A DNA stretch of 64,000 bases. Origin: Acidimicrobiia bacterium. GTDB lineage: Bacteria > Actinomycetota > Acidimicrobiia > Acidimicrobiales > Ilumatobacteraceae. This document shows, piece by piece, positions 57,176 through 64,000 of the stretch (positions within the stretch are counted from its first letter, which is position 1; each line of letters begins with the position of its first letter). The translations under genes were made by a program, and so were the position numbers. Location: positions 665 through 64,664 of the forward strand of contig JAULYZ010000087.1 in NCBI GenBank assembly GCA_032117595.1, read 5' to 3'. Below the pieces are notes generated by a model. That model was not told where the DNA came from. It searched no databases and saw only the letters and a list, made by a program, of their open reading frames with translations.

Positions 57176-57670
57176 ATGCACCTTGTGCTCGTGGGCCTCA
57201 CCGGCTCGGGCAAGACCACGGTGGGTCGCCTCGCCGCCGACCGGCTTGGGCGGCCGTTTCTCGACACGGATGCCGTGATCGAGTCCCGTACGGGCAGGAC
57301 GGTTCGCGAAATCTTCGCCGAGGACGGCGAGGCCGCTTTCCGGGATGTCGAGTCGGCCGTGCTCCGTGAGTGTCTCGACTCGGGTGAGCCGAGCGTCATC
57401 GCTGCAGCAGGCGGCGCGGTAGTGCGGGAGGAGAATCGAGCACTGCTCAGGGCGGCATCGGCCCGGGTCGTGTGGCTCTGCGGCGGCCCGAGCGTGGTGT
57501 CGGACCGCGTCCGCAGCGGGGGGCATCGCCCATTGCTCGACGACGACCCCGATACGGTGCTCCGGCAGATGTGGGAGATACGTGAACCTCTGTACCGCGA
57601 GGTCGCCGATGCGATCGTCACGATCGAGGGACGCAGCCTTCACGACGTTGTGGAGGCGGTGCTCCGATGA
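57176..57670 (+). CDS. aroK: shikimate kinase
   Basis: LVGLTGSGKTTVGR, FLDTD, GGGAV-like AAGGAVV. Confidence 0.9.
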   Translation: MHLVLVGLTGSGKTTVGRLAADRLGRPFLDTDAVIESRTGRTVREIFAEDGEAAFRDVESAVLRECLDSGEPSVIAAAGGAVVREENRALLRAASARVVWLCGGPSVVSDRVRSGGHRPLLDDDPDTVLRQMWEIREPLYREVADAIVTIEGRSLHDVVEAVLR

Positions 57671-58722
57671 GCGGGCCCATCGCTGTCCGTGTCCCCTTGG
57701 GTGATCGTTCGTACGACGTACTGGTCGGGGCCGGCGCGGTCGGGCGGCTGAAGGATCTCATCCCGAACGGTGTGCGTCGCGCCGTCGTCGTCACCCAGGC
57801 AGGCAATCCCATGGCGTCGCTCGTCGACCCGGGTGTGCCGTTCCAGATGGTCGAGATTCCCGATGGCGAAGACGCGAAGACCCTCGCGACGATCGAGTTC
57901 CTCTGTCGCCGGTTTGTCGAGTTGGGCCTGACGCGCAGCGACTGTGTGGTCGGCGTCGGTGGTGGTCTTGTCACCGACGTGGCGGGGTTTGCTGCATCCG
58001 TGTACCACCGCGGGGTGCCGGTGCTGCACGTTGCAACAACACTGCTTGCCATGGTCGACGCCGCTATCGGCGGCAAGACTGGGGTGAACCTCCCCGAGGG
58101 AAAGAACCTTGTCGGCGCGTTCTGGCAACCCAGCGGCGTGATCTGTGACCTCGATGCTCTCGCCACCCTTCCCGAGCGCGAGATGCGTTGTGGCATGGGG
58201 GAGATGGCCAAGTACCACTTCCTCACCGGTGATCCTCTCCTGTCGCTTCCCCTCGACGAGCGTGTAGCTCGGTGTGTGGCGATCAAGGCCGAGGTCGTGG
58301 GCAGCGACGAGCGCGAGGGAGGACGGCGCGCCATCCTGAATTACGGCCACACGCTCGCGCATGCACTCGAGATCGCAACGGAGCACCAGATGGCGCACGG
58401 GGAGGCGGTCGCTGTCGGACTCTGCTACGCCGCGCGTTTGGCTTCCGTGCTCGGTCGAGTCGATCAGGAGCGCGTCGCCCAGCACGACCATGTGGTGGGC
58501 GGGGTCTACGGGCTCGCCACCGAGCTGCCGCAGGGTCTCGACCCGTCGACGCTCGTCTCGCTCATGGGGCGAGACAAGAAAGCCACCTCGGGGCTCACCT
58601 TCGTGCTCGATGGTCCCCGCGGGGTGGAGACCGTCATCGGCGTCCCTGAGGAGGCGGTTCACGCAGCGCTGGCGCAAATGCCCGTTTCGCAGCGGGGCTC
58701 CCGTGCAAGGATTCGTCCATGA
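57667..58722 (+). CDS. aroB: 3-dehydroquinate synthase
   Basis: GVGGGLVTDVAGFAAS, DAAIGGKTGVN, NYGHTLAHALE. Confidence 0.95.
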   Translation: MSGPIAVRVPLGDRSYDVLVGAGAVGRLKDLIPNGVRRAVVVTQAGNPMASLVDPGVPFQMVEIPDGEDAKTLATIEFLCRRFVELGLTRSDCVVGVGGGLVTDVAGFAASVYHRGVPVLHVATTLLAMVDAAIGGKTGVNLPEGKNLVGAFWQPSGVICDLDALATLPEREMRCGMGEMAKYHFLTGDPLLSLPLDERVARCVAIKAEVVGSDEREGGRRAILNYGHTLAHALEIATEHQMAHGEAVAVGLCYAARLASVLGRVDQERVAQHDHVVGGVYGLATELPQGLDPSTLVSLMGRDKKATSGLTFVLDGPRGVETVIGVPEEAVHAALAQMPVSQRGSRARIRP

Positions 58723-59186
58723 GCAGCAACGATCCCACCGTCCGGCCGGTGATCTTGCTGCTCCACGGGGCGAACCTGAATCTCCTCGGCGAGCGCGAGC
58801 CGCACATCTACGGCAGCACGACTCTGGCCGACTACGTCGCAGCAGTCCGGCGGGTCGCTGACGAGCACGGTCTCGACGTGGAGGACTTCCAGTCGAACCA
58901 CGAGGGCGAGATCATCGACCGCATCCACTCTGCCCGGCAGCGGTGTGCAGCCGTGCTCGTGAACCCCGGGGCGTTCACGCACTATGCGTGGAGCATCCAC
59001 GATGCGCTCGCTGCGTTCTCCGGCCCCGTGATCGAGGTGCACATCTCGAACCCGAACGCCCGCGAGGCATGGCGCCACACCAGCGTGGTGTCGCCGGTGG
59101 CCACCGGCACCATCGCTGGCCTGGGCCTCCACGGCTACGAACTCGCAGTCCAGGCGATTGCACAGCGGCTCCAGAACCCGGCATGA
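58719..59186 (+). CDS. aroQ: type II 3-dehydroquinate dehydratase
   Basis: LLLHGANLNLLGEREPHIYG, QSNHEGE, VNPGAFTHY, VEVHISN. Confidence 0.95.
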   Translation: MSSNDPTVRPVILLLHGANLNLLGEREPHIYGSTTLADYVAAVRRVADEHGLDVEDFQSNHEGEIIDRIHSARQRCAAVLVNPGAFTHYAWSIHDALAAFSGPVIEVHISNPNAREAWRHTSVVSPVATGTIAGLGLHGYELAVQAIAQRLQNPA

Positions 59187-60124
59187 GCGGCTTTCGGGAG
59201 GTCGTTCCGACGGGGCTCGTGTCGGCCCCCGACGACGCAGGATGGATCCGCCGGCTCCGCGAATTGCACCTGCTCACCCCGCTGCGGATCGTCATCATCG
59301 CCGTCATCGCAGTCGTGCTCACGTTGGTTCTGCGCATCGTCGTGGCGCGCTTCATCCGTGGTTTGCAGCGTGCGCACGAGCGAGTTGCCTATCGGGTCGA
59401 TCACGCCCGGATCGACCAGCGTCGCAGGACGATCACCAGCGTGCTCACGAGCACGGCCGTGGGTCTGGTGTGGATCACGGCGGTCATCACGGTTCTCGGC
59501 GAGGTGGGGGTCAACCTCGGGGCGTTCGTGGCAACTGCCACCATCATCGGTGGCGCACTTGCCTTCGGTGCCCAGACCCTCGTGCGCGATCTCATCGCTG
59601 GCTTCTTCATGATCGCCGAGGATCAATTCGGGGTGGGCGACGTGGTGGATGTCGGGACGGCAACGGGAACCGTCGAGCGAGTGTCGCTCCGTGTCACACG
59701 CGTTCGTGACGACGACGGGCGGGTCTGGTACCTGCCGAACGGACAGATCACACGGGTAGCCAACTACAGCCAGGGCCCGGTCGCGACGACGGTCGACATC
59801 GGTGTTGCGCTTGGTCAGGACCTCGCCGCAGCAGCTTCCACCATCTGCGAACTGGGTCGGGCGCTGGTGGCTGATCCGACGGTGGGGCAGTACCTCGCAG
59901 GCGAGCCCGACTACCTCGGCGTCGAGGAACTTCACGACGACCGGGCGATCCTGCGTTTTCGGCTCATCAGTCGGGTCGAAGGACGCCAACAGGTGCGTCG
60001 AGCGTTCCTGGCTGCGGTAGCCGAGGCCGAACGCCACGGTCGGGTTCGCGGGATCGATAGCGCGTCGGGAGAGGGCGTCGAGGGCTCGAAAGACCCCGCA
60101 TCGGGTGACAACGGCGTGATGTGA
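59183..60124 (+). CDS. mechanosensitive ion channel family protein (MscS-like)
   Basis: Three TM helices, then [53 protein letters not shown] overlap with aroQ. Confidence 0.85.
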   Translation: MSGFREVVPTGLVSAPDDAGWIRRLRELHLLTPLRIVIIAVIAVVLTLVLRIVVARFIRGLQRAHERVAYRVDHARIDQRRRTITSVLTSTAVGLVWITAVITVLGEVGVNLGAFVATATIIGGALAFGAQTLVRDLIAGFFMIAEDQFGVGDVVDVGTATGTVERVSLRVTRVRDDDGRVWYLPNGQITRVANYSQGPVATTVDIGVALGQDLAAAASTICELGRALVADPTVGQYLAGEPDYLGVEELHDDRAILRFRLISRVEGRQQVRRAFLAAVAEAERHGRVRGIDSASGEGVEGSKDPASGDNGVM

Positions 60125-60193
60125 CGGTCGGATCCCACCGCACCGCGCGGCGCCCGCCTGCTCGGTCCGGGAGGTCTGGGACGTCTGGCGCGA

Positions 60194-60226
60194 GGACCGC
60201 CTCGGTAGGCTTCGGCGGCCTATTTC
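60194..60226 (+). terminator. hairpin plus short U-rich tail after the MscS-like gene (weak terminator candidate)
   Basis: GGACCGCC-UCGGUAGGCUUC-GGCGGCCU followed by AUUUC. One mismatch and one G-U pair in the stem. Lies 70 nt after the stop at 60124. Confidence 0.3.
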
Positions 60227-60245
60227 GCACCCAGACGAGGAACTC

Positions 60246-60809
60246 ATGCCTGCGATCAGCACCAACGACTTCAAGACCGGGATGACACTCGAGCTCGACA
60301 ACGGGCTGTGGTCCGTGGTGGAGTTCCAGCACGTCAAGCCCGGTAAGGGCGGGGCGTTCGTCCGCAGCAAGTTGAAGAACGTCCGCACGGGTCAAGTGGT
60401 GGACAAGACGTTCAATGCCGGTGTTCGCGTCGAGCAGGCGATTCTCGACAAGCGCGATATGCAGTTCCTGTACCGCGATGCCGACGAGTACGTCTTTATG
60501 GACACCGAGACCTACGAGCAGATGCAGGTGGCGCCCTCCGCCCTCGGAGAGGCCGCCGACTATCTCGTGGAGAACGCAACCGCGATCCTGTCCATGTACC
60601 AGGGCGAGATCGTCAGTGTGGAGATCCCGGCGTCGGTCGAGCTGCGGATTGCCGAGACCGAGCCCGGAATCCAGGGCGACCGTGTGTCGGGCGCCCGCAA
60701 GCCGGCAACCCTCGAGACCGGCAAGGTGATTCAGGTCCCGCTCTTCATCAACGTCGGCGAGCGCGTGAAGGTCGACACGCGTACCGGCGAGTACATCACC
60801 CGCGTCTGA
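60246..60809 (+). CDS. efp: translation elongation factor P
   Basis: [41 protein letters not shown]. Confidence 0.95.
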   Translation: MPAISTNDFKTGMTLELDNGLWSVVEFQHVKPGKGGAFVRSKLKNVRTGQVVDKTFNAGVRVEQAILDKRDMQFLYRDADEYVFMDTETYEQMQVAPSALGEAADYLVENATAILSMYQGEIVSVEIPASVELRIAETEPGIQGDRVSGARKPATLETGKVIQVPLFINVGERVKVDTRTGEYITRV

Positions 60810-61273
60810 TGGCGTCTTCCGACCGGCAGCGGCGTTCGAGGAGTCGCCGCCTCGACGACACGAGGTCCGGGGCGCGAGAACGGGCACTCACCCTGCTGTA
60901 CGAGGCGGAGACCAAGGGGGTCACCCCGTCAGAGGTGCTCTCCTCACTGCCTCTGACTCCCGACGATCGCGTGCTCGAACTGGTGCATGGCGTGGAGGCG
61001 CGTCTTGAGGAGGCGGACGCCGCCATCCGCGATCATGCACGGAACTGGTCGATCGAGCGCATGCCGGTGCTCGACCTTGCGATCATGAGGCTTGCGTATT
61101 TCGAATTGATTGCCGAGCCCGCAACGCCGACGGCCGTGATCATCGACGAGGCCGTGGAACTCGCAAAGCGCTTCTCCACCGACGACAGCGGGCGGTTCGT
61201 GAACGGTGTGCTGGCCGCAATCGCCGCCGGCCTGTCGAGGGGCTCAGCGGACGGTTCGTCGCAGGCTGAGTAG
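60809..61273 (+). CDS. nusB: transcription antitermination factor NusB
   Basis: RERALTLLYEAE.., DLAIMRLAYFEL, IDEAVELAKRFSTDDSGRFVNGVL. ATG overlaps the efp stop (TGATG). Confidence 0.9.
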   Translation: MASSDRQRRSRSRRLDDTRSGARERALTLLYEAETKGVTPSEVLSSLPLTPDDRVLELVHGVEARLEEADAAIRDHARNWSIERMPVLDLAIMRLAYFELIAEPATPTAVIIDEAVELAKRFSTDDSGRFVNGVLAAIAAGLSRGSADGSSQAE

Positions 61274-61984
61274 GTCGCGCAGACCCCAGAGCGTCACGCG
61301 CAGCATCGACTCCGCGACGATGCGTCCGGACATCTTCGAGGTGCCGTGGCGTCGGTCGACGAAGGTGATCGGCACCTCCGCCACTCGTCCTCCTTGGTGG
61401 ACCACCCGGCGAGCGAATTCCGTCAGCATCGCGTACCCCTCGGAGCGGGTCGAGGCTGGTTCGATCGCAGCAAGGGTGGGAGCTGAATAGGCGCGGAAGC
61501 CCGACGTGCAGTCCCGGATCGGCAGGCGGAGCACTGCGGCCGTGTAGCGGTTGCCCCACCTCGACAGCAGGCGCCGATGCCATGGCCAGTTCACGGTGCT
61601 GCCACCCGGTACGTAACGGGAACCGATCGCCATCCCCGCCCCAGCCGATACGTGGGCGAGCAGTTGGGGGATCACCCGCGGATCGTGGGAGAAGTCGACG
61701 TCCATCGATACCACGACATCGACAGGGCCACCGACACGGCCCTCGAGGACCCTTGCGAATCCCTCCCGATAGGCCGAGCCGAGGCCGAGTTTTCCCGAGC
61801 GGTGCATCACATCGATCTGGCCGAGACGGGTGGCGGCCTCCTCCGCAAGCAGGCCGGTGCCATCGGGCGAATTGTCGTCGACGACGAGGATGTGGGCGTC
61901 GGGAACCTCAGTGCGGACCAACTCGAGGAACGGGCCGATGTTCTCCCGTTCCTGATAGGTGGGCACCACCACGACCACGTGCAC
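61244..61984 (-). CDS. ppm1: polyprenol-phosphate mannosyltransferase (GT2)
   Basis: VVVPTYQERENI, VVDDNSPDGT, DVDFSHDP, RDCTSGFRAY. GTG start. The 3' end overlaps the nusB 3' end by 30 nt. Confidence 0.85.
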   Translation of the reverse strand: MHVVVVVPTYQERENIGPFLELVRTEVPDAHILVVDDNSPDGTGLLAEEAATRLGQIDVMHRSGKLGLGSAYREGFARVLEGRVGGPVDVVVSMDVDFSHDPRVIPQLLAHVSAGAGMAIGSRYVPGGSTVNWPWHRRLLSRWGNRYTAAVLRLPIRDCTSGFRAYSAPTLAAIEPASTRSEGYAMLTEFARRVVHQGGRVAEVPITFVDRRHGTSKMSGRIVAESMLRVTLWGLRDLLSLRRTVR

Positions 61985-61992
61985 GGTCGTCG

Positions 61993-61998
61993 AACCTA
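61993..61998 (-). promoter_or_regulatory. -10 hexamer TAGGTT, leaderless-type, ppm1
   Basis: Minus strand TAGGTT, 8 nt, GTG 61984. Confidence 0.4.
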
Positions 61999-62057
61999 CC
62001 GTCCCGTGTGGGTTCCGTCGGGGTACCGGCGTCTCGTCGAGGTGGAGCGGGTGCTGC

Positions 62058-62063
62058 TAACCT
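62058..62063 (+). promoter_or_regulatory. -10-like hexamer TAACCT for the pyrR-pyrB-pyrC operon (leadered)
   Basis: TANNNT hexamer 53 nt upstream of the GTG start, which would leave a leader containing the PyrR-loop candidate. Confidence 0.3.
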
Positions 62064-62080
62064 AACCCTCGCCGTGAAAC

Positions 62081-62095
62081 AGGTCCTGTGAGGCC
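62081..62095 (+). promoter_or_regulatory. candidate PyrR-binding RNA loop in the pyrR leader
   Basis: AGGUCCUGUGAGGCC resembles the PyrR binding-loop consensus ARUCCAGAGAGGYU (10 of 13 positions by my alignment). It sits 6 nt upstream of the GGAGGAG SD, which is flanked by GTAC..GTAC capable of pairing. Confidence 0.35.
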
Positions 62096-62116
62096 CGTAC
62101 GGAGGAGTACATCGCT

Positions 62117-62701
62117 GTGAGCGGGAAACAACCGGACGACGCGCACCCTGACGTTGGTGCCCTGGCTGGGGGTCGAGACCCTGCGGTCGGAAAGTCCGTT
62201 CTTTCCTCCGACGACATCGGCCGTGCACTGCGCCGGATGGCTCACGAGATCGTCGAGAAGAACCGCGGTCCTGAGTCCGTCGTGCTCGTCGGGATCCAAC
62301 GTGGCGGTGTGTGGGTGGCGGAGCGACTGGGCGGGTTCATCGAGTCCATCGACGCTCGGCCGGTGCCGGTCGGTTCGCTGGATCCGACCTTCCATCGCGA
62401 CGACATCGGACTGCGTCCGGTGCAGGCGGGTGCGGCAAGCCGAATCCCCGTTCCGCTCGACGGGGCTGTCGTGGTGCTCGTCGACGACGTGCTCTACACA
62501 GGCCGAACGGTTCGTGCTGCACTCGACGCCCTCAACGATTACGGACGTCCGCAGTCGGTCCAGCTTGCGGTGGTGGTCGACCGCGGTCATCGTGAGCTGC
62601 CGATCCGTCCCGACTTTGTCGGCAAGAACCTTCCCACCTCGAGCGACGAGCGGGTGCGCGTGACGCCCGATGGCGTCACGATCGAGAGAGGTCGGGCATG
62701 A
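62117..62701 (+). CDS. pyrR: bifunctional pyr operon regulator / uracil phosphoribosyltransferase
   Basis: VLVGIQRGGV, PRPP motif VVLVDDVLYTGRTVRAAL, RELPIRPDFVG. GGAGGAG SD 9 nt before GTG. Confidence 0.95.
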   Translation: MSGKQPDDAHPDVGALAGGRDPAVGKSVLSSDDIGRALRRMAHEIVEKNRGPESVVLVGIQRGGVWVAERLGGFIESIDARPVPVGSLDPTFHRDDIGLRPVQAGAASRIPVPLDGAVVVLVDDVLYTGRTVRAALDALNDYGRPQSVQLAVVVDRGHRELPIRPDFVGKNLPTSSDERVRVTPDGVTIERGRA

Positions 62702-63651
62702 AGCACCTCCGGAGCGTCGGCGAACTGGATCGGGCCTCTGCCCTTGAGCTTCTCGCGCTGGCCGACTCGATGGCAGAGATCAATGCCCGCCCGATCCCGA
62801 AGGTGCCGGCGTTGCGCGGGAAGACCGTCTGCAGCCTTTTCTTCGAGGACTCCACACGGACGCGCATGTCCTTCGAGACCGCCGCCAAGCGTCTGTCGGC
62901 CGACACGATGAACTTCTCGGTGAGCACGTCGAGCGTGAACAAGGGCGAGAGTCTGCGGGACACCATCGAGACGGTCACGGCGATGGGTGTCGACGCATTC
63001 GTCGTTCGACACCGCACCACCGGTGTGCCGTGGCAGCTCTCACGCTGGACCAATGCGTCGATCGTGAACGCCGGCGACGGCTGGCATCAGCACCCCACCC
63101 AGGCACTGCTCGATGCATTCACGATTCGCCGCCGTTTCGGCCTCACAGGTGACCTTGCCGGTATCCGCATTGCCGTGGTGGGCGACATCAAGCACTCGAG
63201 AGTGGCGCGCAGCGATGTCGAACTCTTCACCATGCTCGGCGCAGAGGTGGTCCTCGTGGCGCCGACCTCGCTTCTCCCTCCCAGCCTCGAGGGGTGGGGA
63301 GTCTCCTCAGTGGTGCACTCCATCGATGCAGTGATCGGTGAGATCGACGTCCTGTATCTGCTCCGAATGCAGATGGAGCGCCAGGAGCAGTCGTTGGTCC
63401 CGTCACTCGCCGAATACACCGACCGGTTCGGCCTCACGCCCCCGCGTGCAGAGCGGCTCCGCGACTCGGCGATCGTGATGCACCCGGGGCCCATGAACCG
63501 GGGTGTGGAGATCGTGGTCGACCCTGCAGAACTTCCCGGCTCGGCGATCCTCGATCAGGTCGCCAACGGGGTGTCGGTACGCATGGCAGTCCTCTTCCAG
63601 TTGCTCGGCTCCGGGTCCGGGCTGAGCGAGTCCGCAGGAGGTTCGTGGTGA
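62698..63651 (+). CDS. pyrB: aspartate carbamoyltransferase catalytic subunit
   Basis: FFEDSTRTRMSFE, HPTQALLD, HPGPMNRG. ATGA overlap with pyrR. Confidence 0.95.
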   Translation: MKHLRSVGELDRASALELLALADSMAEINARPIPKVPALRGKTVCSLFFEDSTRTRMSFETAAKRLSADTMNFSVSTSSVNKGESLRDTIETVTAMGVDAFVVRHRTTGVPWQLSRWTNASIVNAGDGWHQHPTQALLDAFTIRRRFGLTGDLAGIRIAVVGDIKHSRVARSDVELFTMLGAEVVLVAPTSLLPPSLEGWGVSSVVHSIDAVIGEIDVLYLLRMQMERQEQSLVPSLAEYTDRFGLTPPRAERLRDSAIVMHPGPMNRGVEIVVDPAELPGSAILDQVANGVSVRMAVLFQLLGSGSGLSESAGGSW

Positions 63652-64000
63652 GCGAGTTCGTCATCAAGGGAGGCACGGTTGTCGACTCGAACGGCGAACG
63701 TCGGGTCGATGTGCTGGTGAGCGACGGAGTCATCCGAGAGGTCGCCCCCTCGCTGCGCGCCGAGCGTGTCCTCGATGCCTCCGGGTGCGTCGTCTCGCCG
63801 GGATTCGTCGACCTGCACGTGCACCTGCGCCAGCCCGGGCGCGAGGAGGCCGAGACGGTCGAGACCGGATCGCGTGCTGCGGCCCTCGGCGGCTTCACTG
63901 CGGTGGTCGCCATGCCCAACACCGATCCTGCGCAGGACAGCGTCGCGGTCGTCGAACAGGTTCGTCGGTGGGGGATCGAGGCCGGGTTGTGTGAGGTTCT
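63648..64000 (+). CDS. pyrC: dihydroorotase, 3' end cut by the window edge
   Basis: Not in the ORF track because there is no stop in the window. Hand translation gives VSEFVIKGGTVVD..SPGFVDLHVHLRQPGREEAETVETGSRAAALGGFTAVVAMPNT. GTGA overlap with pyrB. Confidence 0.9.
   Translation, partial: MSEFVIKGGTVVDSNGERRVDVLVSDGVIREVAPSLRAERVLDASGCVVSPGFVDLHVHLRQPGREEAETVETGSRAAALGGFTAVVAMPNTDPAQDSVAVVEQVRRWGIEAGLCEV

Overview
High-GC Actinomycetota-type chromosomal core region. I call 66 protein-coding genes, two of them cut by the window edges, and most are on the + strand. I found no rRNA, tRNA, CRISPR array, transposase or integrase by eye. From thrS onward the gene order follows the conserved actinobacterial block, which matches M. 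tuberculosis Rv2614c to Rv2533c as I recall it, followed by the pyr operon: thrS, HIT, pgsA, patA, pimA, pdxS, pdxT, yebC, ruvCAB, queA, tgt, yajC, secDF, apt, relA, hisS, aspS, rarA, alaS, ruvX, mltG, aroE, aroCKBQ, efp, nusB, pyrR, pyrB, pyrC. The left 13 kb holds menaquinone genes (menF, menG), several F420/LLM oxidoreductases, an InhA-type fabI, fno, mshC, a BCCP-carboxyltransferase fusion, and a large secreted protein that runs off the window. Most of the window is ordinary housekeeping DNA. The features that stand out are: (1) a ~7 kb insertion between patA and pimA that carries a tandem pair of small secreted, cysteine-bracketed proteins with short collagen-like G-X-Y runs and an IPATG-type C-terminal sorting signal, a family I cannot name; (2) a TANNNT hexamer 6-8 nt upstream of many start codons, which suggests leaderless transcripts, including two back-to-back promoters in a 32-bp intergenic gap; (3) an ECF sigma/anti-sigma pair inserted between HIT and pgsA, with an ECF-type promoter candidate; (4) a perfect 22-bp palindrome between the MaoC and SDR genes; (5) an M48-like protein next to LemA that has lost its HEXXH motif. 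All functional calls come from motifs I recognised in the translations. No database search was possible, and start codons are best guesses.
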